DNA from: Eledone cirrhosa
Taxonomy: Eukaryota
Direction: 5' to 3'
DNA length: 64,000 bases
Assembly: GCA_964016885.1 (NCBI GenBank)
Contig: CAXHJY010000768.1
Location: 107,147 to 171,146 of the forward strand
Shown here: piece by piece, positions 13,045-26,069 of the stretch
Layout of the letters: each line of letters begins with the position of its first letter
Position numbering within the stretch: position 1 is the stretch's first letter
Notes under the pieces: generated by a model
The model's database searches: none
What the model was told of the DNA's origin: nothing
What the model saw: the letters and a program-made list of their open reading frames with translations, nothing else
Program-made: the position numbers and the translations under genes

Positions 13045-14253
13045 CTGGTCTGAGGATCAGGCAGATTTGGAATCTGGTCTGGAGCGTCAACTCTGTTCAT
13101 GAGCCAGCTGTTATGAATCTGGTCTGGAGCGTCAACTCTGTTCATGAGCCAGCTGTTATGAATCTGGTCTGGAGCGTCAACTCTGTTCATGAGCCAGCTG
13201 TTATGAATCTGGTCTGGAGCGTCAACTCTGTTCATGAGCCAGCTGTTATGAAACTGGAGTGGAGTGTCAACTCAGTTCAAGAACCAGCTGTTTGGGATCT
13301 GGTCTGGAGTGTCAACTCGGTTCACAGACCAGCTGTTTGGGATCTGGTCTGGAGTGTCAACTCGGTTCATCAGCCAGCTGTTTGGGATCTGGTCTGGAGT
13401 GTCAACTTGGTTCATCAGCCAGCTGTTTGGGATCTGGTCTGGAGCGTCAACTTGGTTCATCAGCCAGCTGTTTGGGATCTGGTCTGGAGTGTCAACTCGG
13501 TTCACAGACCAGCTGTTTGGGATCTGGTCTGGAGTGTCAACTCAGTTCAAGAACCAGCTGTTTGGGATCTGGTCTGGAGTGTCAACTTGGTTCATCAGCC
13601 AGCTGTTTGGGATCTGGTCTGGAGCGTCAACTTGGTTCATCAGCCAGCTGTTTGGGATCTGGTCTGGAGTGTCAACTTGGTTCATCAGCCAGCTGTTTGG
13701 GATCTGGTCTGGAGCGTCAACTTGGTTCATCAGCCAGCTGTTTGGGATCTGGTCTGGAGCGTCAACTTGGTTCATCAGCCAGCTGTTTGGGATCTGGTCT
13801 GGAGCGTCAACTTGGTTCATCAGCCAGCTGTTTGGGATCTGGTCTGGAGTGTCAACTTGGTTCATCAGCCAGCTGTTTGGGATCTGGTCTGGAGCGTCAA
13901 CTTGGTTCATCAGCCAGCTGTTTGGGATCTGGTCTGGAGCGTCAACTTGGTTCACAGACCAGCTGTTTGGGATCTGGTCTGGAGCGTCAACTTGGTTCAC
14001 AGACCAGCTGTTTGGGATCTGGTCTGGAGCGTCAACTCGGTTCAAGAACCAGCTGTTTGGGATCTGGTCTGGAGTGTCAACTTGGTTCATCAGCCAGCTG
14101 TTTGGGATCTGGTCTGGAGTGTCAACTTGGTTCATCAGCCAGCTGTTTGGGATCTGGTCTGGAGTGTCAACTTGGTTCATCAGCCAGCTGTTTGGGATCT
14201 GGTCTGGAGTGTCAACTCTGTTCATGAGCAAGTTGTTTGGGAAACGTAACTAG
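13045..14253 (+). ncRNA. Hammerhead ribozyme core split by a minisatellite in stem II
   Basis: CTGGT-CTGAGGA (13045-13056) ... GAAA-CG-TA-ACTAG (14241-14253); stem I CUGGU/ACUAG; stem II base UCAGGCAG/UUGUUUGG. Confidence 0.65.
13067..14240. repeat. 45-bp minisatellite, ~26 copies
   Basis: Unit TTGGGATCTGGTCTGGAG(C/T)GTCAACTTGGTTCATCAGCCAGCTGT. Confidence 0.95.
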
Positions 14254-14296
14254 GATTGAACAATAAATCTCTTATGTAACACCTCCACTTTGTTCT

Positions 14297-14344
<48 letters not shown>

Positions 14345-14706
14345 GTATAGTTAATACAAAGCATTGTGAGATATGTAGTAAAAGGCCGATAACTTTTTTT
14401 TTAATGGGAAAAAAACTCTGATCACTCGTTTTGTCTTGGACTATTTCAGGTTCCCATCTAAAAAGAGGGTAATGGCCCTGAAATATGCTGGGTAAAACAT
14501 TACTTTGTTCTATTTGTCATCATTTTGCCCTCCATATTTTGTACCAGCTTTTTTTATTTACTACCAATATATATATATAAACAAAACGCCAGCACCAACA
14601 GTTTTGCAAGAGATGTCAACAAGAATGGACCTATTATTTTTTTCTAAAGACATTTTTTCCAATTCCATCCCGCCCGTCCCCTCAATCTATTTTATTTCTC
14701 ATTCTT

Positions 14707-14742
14707 TCTTCTGATGAAGGACTAGCGTCCGAAACGTTAAGA
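14707..14742 (+). ncRNA. Minimal hammerhead ribozyme
   Basis: TCTT CTGATGA A GGAC-TAGC-GTCC GAAA CG TT AAGA; palindromic ACGU in place of stem III. Confidence 0.85.
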
Positions 14743-14827
14743 CCTTCTTCCTGCTAAATCAAGCGTTAACCTAATATATACCTTCCATATACTGTACCGA
14801 TTGTGTTGTTATTTCTGTTTACCTTTT

Positions 14828-14901
<74 letters not shown>

Positions 14902-14941
14902 GTAATAAATGGAATATGTAACACTATAGCATCATAATTTA

Positions 14942-14997
14942 TTTCGTTATATATATTTCAGGGATGCTAAATCATAGTATGCCTTCTTCAGACAAAA
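14942..14997 (-). ncRNA. Minimal hammerhead ribozyme
   Basis: Reverse complement TTTTGT CTGAAGA AGGCATACTATGATTTAGCATCCCT GAAA TATATA TA ACGAAA. Confidence 0.8.
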
Positions 14998-15554
14998 TAC
15001 AATATTAGATGTATAAAATGTTATATGACATACTCTTAAAAGAGACCGTATGTGATCAATTCTAAACGGGTGTGTGATTCAAAATCTCAAAATGTCCTAG
15101 AATGTAAAGATATTGGGAAATATAAACAAATAAATAAATAATAACGACAGTTAAATTAGACGTTTCATATGTTTTTTTAAAAATAGCGTAATTAGATTAG
15201 TCAGAGGGAAACCATTAGATGGTTATATCTTATTACTAAAGGGAGATATAGATATACATACACAAATATATACATACATATGCTTATATATATGTATATA
15301 GATCGATATATATATCTTATAATCTAATGCTACGAAAAAATGAAGGTATATATGATATATATTTAAGACTGTATTTACATAAGTAAATAAACAAAGGGGA
15401 AGAACTCAGATTAATTATGACAAAAATTATATAATTCTAAGAATTTATTATTGGGGCCTATAATGTAAGCATAATATATATAATATATTATGTCAAGGAA
15501 TATAAATAATTGTATCTACTTTTTGGCACAAGGCCAGCAATTACCCAGTACATT

Positions 15555-15961
15555 CAGACTCAGACTCAGAAGCTCCCGTGTCTTGCGACGCATGAGGCAA
15601 TCATAGTGTTCCACCGCGTTCGGTCAGCAGCCAGTTGCACAGCGTCCCGCCATTGTCTGTTTGTCGCTCGCAGGTCCCTCTCAACCGTCTGGCGCCAGTT
15701 CATTTTGGGTCGCCCTCTCCGTCTGCTTCCCTGTGGGTTCCATTTAAGTACTTGGTTCGCCAGTCTCTCCGGGGGAAGTAGTGTCAAAGCGTGCCCAAAC
15801 CAGCCCAGGCGTCGCTTGCAGATGGCAGAAGAGACCAGCTGCTGGTTGGTGCGGTTCCTGACTTCCTGGTTTGTTACATGGTCACTCCATTTAATCCCCA
15901 GGATCTTTCGCAGACACCTGGAATCGAATGCGTCCAACTTCTTCTCTTGGCTGGTCTTAAG
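15555..15961 (-). mobile_element. RTE LINE 3' fragment inserted in a family B SINE
   Basis: KLDAFDSRCLRKILGIKWSDHVTN...RRLGWFGH...RRGRPK; flanked by direct repeat GTACATT (15548 and 15962), a probable TSD. Confidence 0.85.
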
Positions 15962-16182
15962 GTACATTACTGGTACTTTATTTTATCGACCCCGTAAGGA
16001 TGAAAGGCAGCCACTTATGTTGTTACGATATAGATATGTATATATCTAAGAAAAGCCATAAGAGAAAAAAACAGTCCACGCTGTAATGTGGCCGTGTAGG
16101 TAGCACGGTAAAAAGTTCCACACTGTAAATGTGGTTGGTGTTAGGAAGGGCATCCAGCCGTAGAAAACCCGCCAGACGGTCC

Positions 16183-16995
16183 TTTTGGCTGGTATGGCAG
16201 GGCGCTGAGTCTTGCTGCCACACGTACGGCCTACCTGCAGCTACCTGGTCGATCCAGGGCTTTACTACCTCGCTCAGAACGCGGATGTAGTCATCGGTGT
16301 TCAGCTTGAGGGCCTCAGGGAAGAAGTGAGGTGGCATGACGTCACCTTGACTGCTGACGACATCTTAGACCAATGTTGTCGCTGGAAACTTTGTCTGCAT
16401 GACTCTAGGCACGTCTTTGGATGAGACAGCGAGCCACCTGTTGATCAGCTTCTTTGCGTGCTTCAGTCGCTTTTCTTGCATCGCCTTTGACAGAAATTGT
16501 CCTTTCCTCATCTTGTATGAAACGTAGCGAATGTCTTCATATATCACCAGCCTAATGAGCTTTTCATCCACGCCTTTCTCCCTTGCAATGGCACACATCG
16601 ACTTGCTAGGTTCATTGTTGATGATATCCTGAACTTCAGCGACGAACTCGGGCGTTCCGAAGGCGTCAGATCATCGATCATCTGTTTTCCTCTCTGATGT
16701 TGCTTCGTAGTCGAATCCTGAATCTTCCAATTCCTTTCTGACCTATTCCACCATTCTCCTGCTGACTCTGAGAAAGTCTGAAATTTCCTTATTTATCCTC
16801 CCGGCGCGGATTCCAAGAAGAACTCCGTGTCTCTTCCACAAATTTGGAGGTTCAAAATTATTCATAATCAATTATTCTGAAAATAAATAATGGAAATATA
16901 GTCACTGTTTTTATGAAGACAAGAGTGACAACGGAAGTAAAAAAAATTTGCATGAAATTAGCAGTTGAAAATTGCGAACAAATATTGTCCACACC

Positions 16996-16998
<3 letters not shown>
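16183..16998 (-). mobile_element. Tc1/mariner (maT/DD37D-like) DNA transposon relic
   Basis: Fragments IYEDIRYVSYKMRKGQFLS, TKFPAT, MPPHFFP...WQQDSAPCHTS; terminus TA|CAGGGTG at 16998; internally deleted and 3'-truncated. Confidence 0.85.
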
Positions 16999-17043
<45 letters not shown>

Positions 17044-17044
17044 G

Positions 17045-17081
<37 letters not shown>

Positions 17082-17086
17082 GTATG

Positions 17087-17120
<34 letters not shown>

Positions 17121-17202
17121 AGTATGTATATATATATATATATATATATAAGTATGTATATATATATATATATATAAGTATGTATATATATATATATATA
17201 AG

Positions 17203-17243
<41 letters not shown>

Positions 17244-17323
17244 CATTATTATTATTATGGGGTTTTTTTTTTTCTTGCGCAATGGCCATACTCGATAACA
17301 AGGGGGGTAGCCATCATTCATTC

Positions 17324-17382
<59 letters not shown>

Positions 17383-17384
17383 AT

Positions 17385-17722
17385 GGAGGCACATAGCTTA
17401 GTGCATTGGGCTTGCAATCGAAAGGTTGTGAGTTCAATTCTCAGACCGGGTGATGTGATGTTTCCTTGAGCAAGACACTTTATTTCACATTGCTCCAGTT
17501 TACTCAGCTGTAGAAATGAGATAGTAGGGACTGGGGTCTCTATCATTCCACTGCAAAGTGGTCGTGGAGGTGCGACGGCTAAAAAGCACCCAGCACTCAC
17601 TGTAAATGAGGTTGGTGTTAGGAAGGGCATCCAGCTGTAGAAATCAAGCCAGAATCAGTTCCAGTCCCACCCTTGCAAGCAGGGAAAAGCGGACGTATGA
17701 TGATGATGATGATGATGATGAT
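17385..17722 (+). mobile_element. tRNA-derived SINE, family A (CORE-like middle, RTE tail)
   Basis: A/B boxes, TCCTTGAGCAAGACACTTT middle, tail CCCTTGCAAGCAGGGAAAAGCGGACGT(ATG)n shared with RTE copies. Confidence 0.85.
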
Positions 17723-17740
17723 GATATATATATATATATA

Positions 17741-18072
17741 CCACCACCCCCACCCCATCCACACCACCCCGTTCTATGTAAAGTTATGTTGGTGCCACAC
17801 CATCCAGGCCGAAACAAATGAGATCGTGTAGGTGTCACGACAAAAAAACACACAGTCCACGCTGTAATGTGGCCGTGTAGGCAACACGGTAAAAACCTCC
17901 CAGACCCACACTGTAAATGTGGTTGGTGTTAGGAAGGGCATCCAGCTGTAGAAAACCTGCCAGACAGTCCTATGCGAGCAAGACAATCACTCTTGCCTCA
18001 AGTGGGACTACCCCCGTCCAAACCCATGCAAGCGTGGAACACGGACGTTAAACGTTGATGATGATGATGATG
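17741..18072 (+). mobile_element. RTE 3'UTR-only fragment
   Basis: Matches the 3'UTR of 26070-26922; further copies at 23400-23677 (+) and 57068-57450 (-). Confidence 0.8.
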
Positions 18073-18162
18073 ATATATATAAAGACTTTTACACCCACAC
18101 ATTCTTATACCTCCATAAACACACATACATGCACCCTTAAAAAAAGAAGTTTGAGTCCTTAC

Positions 18163-18238
18163 CTGGTAATCTTTCGAAGCTTCAGCTGTATCAGGGTTGC
18201 TCAGTTGGGCCAGTTTCTGTCGAGACTGATGGTGTTGT
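18163..18238 (-). CDS. Candidate host-gene exon (76 nt)
   Basis: atattcag| ... CAG|gtaagg; open frame QHHQSRQKLAQLSNPDTAEASKDYQ ends in phase 0, compatible with exon 11771-11901. Confidence 0.55.
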
Positions 18239-18397
18239 CTGAATATATAGAAAGCCACCACAGCTAAAATAGCTGTGGCAATAATACCACACAGGACAAA
18301 GGTGAGCGTGTAATATTTCGGGGTTTTCCCTGTGGTTTCTACGACTTTAACCTAACAAAAGAAAAACAAAATAAATAAATTATCATCATCAACATTG

Positions 18398-18800
18398 TAT
18401 AATTGTTTCTACTTTTGGCACAAGGTCAGCAATTACCCCAGTGCATTACTGGTACTTTATTTTATCGACCCCGTAATAATTGTTTCTGCTTTTGGCACAA
18501 GGCCAGCAATTACCCCAGTGCATTACTGGTACTTTATTTTATCGACCCCGTAATAATTGTTTCTACTTTTGGCACAAGGTCAGCAATTACCCCAGTGCAT
18601 TACTGGTACTTTATTTTATCGACCCCGTAATAATTGTTTCTACTTTTGGCACAAGGCCAGCAATTACCCCAGTGCATTACTGGTACTTTATTTTATCAAC
18701 CCTGTAAGGATGAAAGGCAAAGTTAACCTCGGCGGGATTTGAACTCAGACCGTAAAGGGGCGTAACTCTGTGCTACAATGCATGGCGTCCGACCCTGTAG
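18398..18800 (-). mobile_element. SINE family B with 4 x 77-bp tandem 3' segment
   Basis: Same structure as 8325-8912. Confidence 0.85.
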
Positions 18801-18879
18801 ATCACCAGCAAGAGTAGCAGGAGGTGAAGAAGAGATCATATAACCCCCCATAACAACATTCTAAACACACGTGTTCCTT

Positions 18880-18965
<86 letters not shown>

Positions 18966-19158
18966 TATATATATATGCACACACAAACATATATATATAT
19001 ACACACACACACATATATATATATATACACACACACATATATATATATATACACACACACACATATATATATATACACACACACACACATATATATATAT
19101 ACACACACACATATATATATACACACACACACACATATATATATACACACACACACAC

Positions 19159-19189
<31 letters not shown>

Positions 19190-19308
19190 TATATACACAC
19201 ACACACACATATATATATATATACACACACATACACAAACACATATATATATATATACACACACACATATATACACACACACACATATATATATATACAC
19301 ACACATAT

Positions 19309-19365
<57 letters not shown>

Positions 19366-19380
19366 CACACACACACACAT

Positions 19381-19412
<32 letters not shown>

Positions 19413-19414
19413 CC

Positions 19415-20428
19415 TCTGGCCCAAATGCAAATAATGGGTACACAAGAGATGTAGTGGGATCTCAGGAAGCTTAATTAAGAATGTAGGCTTCACATGTAGC
19501 AGCTGTGCTGGGACAGCAAGCAGACAGCCACAGGAAACAAGTACCACCAATCTCTGGGAGGGCTCTGTAGAAACAGTAGACAGCTTCTGCTACCTAGGTG
19601 ACCGAATTAGCAGCGGAGATGGGTGTTCAGAAAGTACAATAACTAGGGTAAGAACGGGATGGAAGAAGTTCAGGGAGCTACTGCCACTGCTGCCTGTAAA
19701 AGGCTTTCCCCTCAAAATGAAGGGCAGACTGTATGATGCGTGTATACGAACAGCAATATTACATGGTAGTGAGACCTGGGCACTGTCTGTAGAAGACTTG
19801 CGTAGATTAGAGAGAAACGAAGCCTGCATGCTCCGATGGATGTGTAATAGTAATATACGCGAATGGCAAAGTATAAACGAATTGAGAGAGAGACTGAGGA
19901 TAAGAGGAATCAAATGCTGTGTGCAGGAGAGGCGGTTGCGTTGGTATGGACATGTGATGCGTATGAAGGATGACAGCTGCATAAAAAGGTACAGAACACT
20001 AGAAGTCGATGGAAACCGCGGAGTGGGGAGACCCAAGAAGACCTGGGATGAGGTGATAAAAGCCGACTTTAACCAATTACACCTCTCAAAGGCGATGACA
20101 CACGACCGTGACCTCTGGAGTCACGCAGTAATACAGAAGACCCCCCCCCCCACGGGTACAAGCCGAAGCTGACACACATAGACAATATGCCCCCACCCCC
20201 TCCCACTGCAAAGTGGTCATGGAGGTGCCACGGCAAAAAAGCACCCAGCCCCACTGTAAAGTGGACGTGTAGGCGCCATGGAAAAAAAAGCACCCGGCAC
20301 TCACTGTAAATGAGGTTGGTGTTAGGAAGGGCATCCAGCTGTAGAAATCAAGCCAGAATCAGTTCCCGTATGAGCAAGACAAGGTCAGCGTGGAAGGACG
20401 GATGTAAAACGGTGATGATGATGATGAT
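19415..20428 (+). mobile_element. RTE LINE 3' portion
   Basis: KGRLYDACIRTAILHGSETW...[12 protein letters not shown]...GRPKKTW, 3'UTR and (TGA)n. Confidence 0.9.
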
Positions 20429-20444
20429 ATCATTCATCATCATC

Positions 20445-20757
20445 ATCATTTCATTTTACGTCCACTTTTCCCTGCTTGCAAGGGTGGGACGAGAACTGAT
20501 TCTGGCTTGATTTCTACAGCTGGATGCCCTCCCTAACACCAACCTCATTTACAGTGAGTGCTGGGTGCTTTTTTGCTGTGGCACCTCCACGACCACTTTA
20601 CAATGTAATGATAGGGACCCCAGTCCCTATCATCTCATTTCTACAGCTGAGTAAACTGGAGCAATGTGAAATAAAGTGTCTTGCTCAAGGAAACAACACA
20701 TCACCCGGTCTGAGAATTGAACTCACAACCTTTCGATTGCAAGGCCAAGCTCTAACC
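20445..20757 (-). mobile_element. SINE family A
   Basis: Reverse complement of 17385-17722. Confidence 0.85.
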
Positions 20758-20842
20758 TATATGTATATATTATATATAAATATTATAAATATATATATTA
20801 TCATGATGATGATGATGATGATGATGATATATATATATATAT

Positions 20843-20883
<41 letters not shown>

Positions 20884-20884
<1 letters not shown>

Positions 20885-22743
20885 GATGGTAAACCAAGTC
20901 ATACAGAACGGGGTCATACCGAAAGACTGGCGTAGCATCATCATCATTAACTGTTACAAGGGTAAAGGAGATGCCCTAGATAGGGGAAACTATAGAGGCA
21001 TTAAGTTAGTTGACCAGGTCATGAAGGTCACAGAAAAAGTTATAGCAAACTAATCAGAGAGCAAATTGATCAAGATGAAATGCAGTTCGGTTTTATGTCA
21101 GGTAAAAGTACCACAGATGCCCTTTTCCTTGTACGACAACTACAGGAGAAGTACCTAGCTAAAAGTAAACCTCTATACTTAGCTTTTGTTGACTTGGAGA
21201 AAGCATTTGACAGAGTTCCCCACACCATTATCTGGTGGGCTCTTAGAAAACTAGGGGTTGATGAATGGGTTGTATAAAGAAACAGTCAGCAAGGTTAGAA
21301 TTAACAACGAATATAGTGAAGAATTTAGCATAAACATTGGTGTTCATCAGGGCTCTGTCTTTAGCCCCCTCCTATTTATTATTGCCCTTCAGGCTATAAC
21401 AGAGGAGTTAAAGACTGGTTGCCCATGGGAACTCCTATACGCAGATGATCTAACGCTCATAGCTGAACCTATGGCTGAACTAGAGAAGAAATTCCAAACA
21501 TGGAAGCATGGCCTAGAATCAAAAGGCCTTGAAGTTAACTTGTCTAAGACTAAAGTTCTAGTTTGTAGAAAGGAAAATAGGGCACAGGTTCCTTCTGGGA
21601 AATGGCCATGCTCTGTGTGTAGGAAAGGAGTAGGCAGAAATTCCATTTTATGTCCCAAATGCAAAGTATGGGTGCATAAAAGATGTAGTGGTATCACAGG
21701 TAAGCTATCTAAGAACGTAGATTTTATATGTGGCTGATGTTCAGGTGCAATAAGTAGCAAGTGCCCACAGGATACTAGCTCCTTCTATTGCCTAGATAGC
21801 TCTATAGAAATAGTGGACACTTTCCGTTACCTGGGTGACAATATCAGCAGTGGTGGAGGGTGTCTGAAAGTACAGTAGCCAGTGTCAGAACGGGATGGAA
21901 AAAGTTCAGAGAGCTTATACCACTATTGGCCGCTAAAGGGTTCTCTCTAAAAATGAAAGGCAGGCTGTATGATGCCTGCATACGAACAGCAATGTTACAT
22001 GGCAGTGAGACCTGGGCATTGTGTGCAGAGGACCTGCGCAGACTGAAGAGGAACGAAGCACGCACGCTCCGCTGGATGTGTAATAGTAATATATATGAAC
22101 AGCAAAGCATAAATGAACTAAGTGAGAAATTAGGTATAAGAGGGATCAGATGCTGTTTACTCGAGCGAAGGCTACGTTGGTATGGTCACGTGATGCGCAT
22201 GAAAGATGACAGCTGTATAAAAAAGTGCAGGGTGATCAAAATCGACGGAAATTATGGAGTAGGCAGACCCAGAAAAACCTGGGACGACATGATAAATTCC
22301 AACCTCACACACTTATACCTCTCTCAGACAATGTCACTGGATCAAGATCTTTGGCGCTACGCAGTAAAACAGGCCTTGCCTATGTACAAAGTGAAACCTA
22401 CAGTCAGTAGGCACCTCTTAACCAAATATACACACCCATCCCACTACCCCAACTCCCCCACCCCAACTACGCCACCCCTTTCTCTGTAAAGTTATGTTGG
22501 TACCATCGTGTAGGTGTCACAACAAAAAAACACACAGTCCACTCTGTAATGTGGTCATGTAGGTAACACGGTAAAAACCTCCCAGTCCACACTGTAAACG
22601 TGGTTGGTGTTAGAAAGGGCTTCCAGCTGTAGAAAACCTGCCAGACAGCCCCATATGAGTGAGACCAATCTTGCCCCAAGTGGGACAATTCCTGTCTAAA
22701 CCCATGCTAGCATAGAAGATAGACGTTAAATGATGATGATGAT
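20884..22743 (+). mobile_element. 5'-truncated RTE LINE, RT pseudogene
   Basis: QFGFMSGKSTTDA, FVDLEKAFDRVP, GVHQGSVFSPLLF, LLYADDL, Cys-rich insert CSVC...CPKCKVWVHKRC; several stops and frameshifts. Confidence 0.93.
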
Positions 22744-22815
22744 TATATATATATATATATACTATATATATATATATATATATACATCATCATCATCATC
22801 ATCAATATATATATA

Positions 22816-23155
22816 GGCACATGGCTTAGTGGTTAGAGCATTGGCCTTGCAATCGAAAGTTTGTGAGTTCAATTCTCAGACGGGGTGATGTGTTGTTTCC
22901 TTGAGCAAGACACTTTATTTCACATTGCTCCAGTTTACTCAGCTGTAGAAAGAGATGATAGGGACCCCAGTCCCTATCATCTCATTCCACTGCAAAGTGG
23001 TCGTGTAGGTTCCACGGAAAAAAAATAGCACCCAGAACTCAATGTAAATGAGGTTGTTGTTAGGAAGGGCATCCAGCTGTAGAAATCAAGCCAGCATCAG
23101 TTCCCGGCCCACCCTTGCAAGCAGGGAAAAGCGGACGTAAAATGATGATGATGAT
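22816..23155 (+). mobile_element. SINE family A
   Basis: Same family as 17385. Confidence 0.85.
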
Positions 23156-23160
23156 AATGA

Positions 23161-23381
23161 ATAACGAAGGAAATGTGGTAAGGAACCAGGTGGACCATAA
23201 CGCACCAAAGTACTCAATACTTAGGGTAGTAGAGTGGGTAATAGTAACGAGTAGGACCTAAATATATATATATATTTATATATATATATAGTTTCGACGG
23301 CTAATTCTGGACTAAGAATTAGTCCAGAATTAGCCGTCGAAACGGCTTGAGCTCAGCCGTCGGGGTCCTACTCATTCCTAT
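23161..23381. mobile_element. Fold-back Penelope-type 3'-end remnant
   Basis: 25-bp perfect hairpin 23291-23315/23319-23343; HHR 3' half GAAA CGGC..GCCG TC; 23161-23260 is the reverse complement of the homologous unit at 29395-29491. Confidence 0.6.
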
Positions 23382-23809
23382 ATATATATATATATAATGG
23401 TCCCACAACATCCAGGCCGAAACAAATGAGATCGTGTAGGTGTCACGACAAAAAACACACAGTCCACGCTGTAAATGTGGCCGTGTAGGCAACACGGTAA
23501 AAACCTCCCAGCCCCACACTGTAAATGTGGTTGGTGTTAGGAAGGGCATCCAACTGTAGAAAACCCGCCAGACAGTCCTATGCGAGCAAGACAACCACTC
23601 TTGCCTCAAGTGGGAAAACCCCCGTCCAAACCCATGCAAGCGTGGAACACGGACGCTAAACCTGATGATGATGATGATATATATATATATATACTATATA
23701 AGTTATTCTGGGTTCAATTGGGGCTAACCACAGTAAGTAAGGTACTCAATACATAGCAGAGTATAAATATTTAATATAGAAATGGCTTCTACAGGACTAG
23801 AACTGTTTC

Positions 23810-23847
<38 letters not shown>

Positions 23848-24278
23848 CATATGTGTGTGTGTGTATTCGGCAGTTTAGTAAATGAGTCAGTGCCATTACT
23901 GTTTAGAGAATCTGTGAGTGCCAAAGGGTGTGAGATTCTCCGAAGCTGAAGATGCAATAAACGTTGGCTTTTAATTAGAAATGAATCTATCTCATTGGAC
24001 AATTCTAAGTTTAGCAAAATTATTTAACGGGTCCTGTTGTTGTTATTTCATTGAAATTCACACACACACACACACACACGCTCTCACATATGGAGACGCA
24101 TACATATATTTGAGCAAACACACAGACACACACAAACATATAATACATAGATATATATGTGCATACATACATACACATACACATATCTATGCATATACAC
24201 ATAAAACACACACACACATACATTCATACAAACATACACTTATATATATATACACATATATATATGTGTGTGTGTGCG

Positions 24279-24395
<117 letters not shown>

Positions 24396-24884
24396 ATGTA
24401 TATATATATATATATATATATATATGAGCATACATGCATTCACATACATATATCTATGCATATACACATAAAACACACACACACATACATTCATACAAAC
24501 ATACACTTATATATATATATACATATACATGTGTGTGTGTGCGTATGTATATATATATATATATAGATATAGATATAAATGTATATATATACATATATAC
24601 ATATACGTGTGTGTGTGTGTGCGTATATATATATATATATATATAGATATAGATATAAATGTATATATATACATATATATGTGTGTGTGTGCGTATATAT
24701 ATATATATATAGAGAGAGAGAGATATATAAATGTATATATATATATATATATATGAGCATACATGCATTCACACACACACCGGTCCATACAAGCGCATGT
24801 ATGTTATCTCTTTCTTAATTTTGAGTATATATTTTTGACCGGCCACCTTCCTGGTGGCAAGGTTGTAAAAGAAAAGAAATTGTC

Positions 24885-25203
24885 ATTCCTTGAATCGCAA
24901 GAATATTTTGCAAATTTTGAAGGTGCCAGCTATCGCAGCCATTTGTAGACTATGAATTAGGGAGCGGTGCTCTTTGTCCGAAAATACAAGTTCAGTCATA
25001 CTTTAGTCCAAGCGGGTTGGTATATAACCCGTATCCAATAATGATGGGTATGAAGCTAAAGGTGTATCTTGGATACTGGATTTGTAAACTCCTCATCAAT
25101 GGTCCGTAGATGTCCTCCTTCTCCTGTATTTTTCTGACAACGTTTACATCAAGTGGGCAGCTGATCTCCACAACAGAACACATTTTCAATATGTGGTCCC
25201 AAA
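24885..25203 (-). mobile_element. C-terminal restriction-like endonuclease fragment of an R4/NeSL-type non-LTR element
   Basis: IWDHILKMCSVVEISCPLDVNV...KEDIYGPL...FIPIIIG...AGTFKICKIFL. Confidence 0.7.
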
Positions 25204-25242
25204 TGTATGTATGTATGTATGTATGTGTGTATGTATCTATCT

Positions 25243-25985
25243 ATAGGAAAACTCTGATATAACACCTGCAACCCTGATGGTATCCAATGATGTTGACTTG
25301 TTCTTCTTTTTGGTAAATATCATCTTGGTTAAGAGAGTGGGACTGGCTTTGTGCAGTGCCTTTGCTCACTATAAAAGCTTCACGGCACAGGCATTGCTTT
25401 ATATCTGGAGATCTCTCTGCACTTGTCGTCACATGGTACCATGAGCCCAGCACTATGTGTCAATAATTGTCACAAGTGTAGTGTTTGTACCAGAGTTTTC
25501 AAGTCGCTGGCTGGACTAAAAAGTCACACTCGTTCAGCGCATCGGTAGGGGTTCTCCTACATGGATATAAAGTAGTGGCCGTACTCGAATGTATGTATGA
25601 CAAAGGGCAGAAGAACTAATAAGAGTCAACGGCCATCCAAAAGTGTGTAAATATGTATATACACATGTACCGCACGGTTAAACCACTGGGAGTGAAGGAC
25701 CCCTAGCCTTTGTCAGGGCATTCTTCTAGGAGAAGGCAACTCAGGAAACTGGGATAAGTCCGATATAAAACCTATGGCTCAGTAGTTACCGATGATGTTG
25801 ATCTTTTCCTCTTTTCGGGTTATAGCTACTGTCGCTCAGGGAGTGGGATTGGCTCAGTGCACAGTCTTTTCTCACTTAAAAAATATCTTCACGCACAGGC
25901 ATTGCACGATAGAATTAATTGATAATTATTAATAATGGTATATCATGCAATGGCCATACTCGATAACGAGGGGGGCAGCCATCAT
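25243..25985 (+). mobile_element. Unclassified repeat between (ATGT)n tracts
   Basis: 3' 310 bp duplicated at 12600-12920. Confidence 0.6.
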
Positions 25986-26069
25986 GTATGTATGTATATA
26001 TAGTATGTATGTATGTATATATAGTATGTATGTATGTATAGTATGTATGTATATATATATATATATTAT

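Noticed and set aside
12867-14253. 460-aa repeat protein, or a CRISPR-like array
   Set aside because: Pure 45-bp tandem repeat with no unique spacers and no cas genes; it is open in several frames and starts in a microsatellite.
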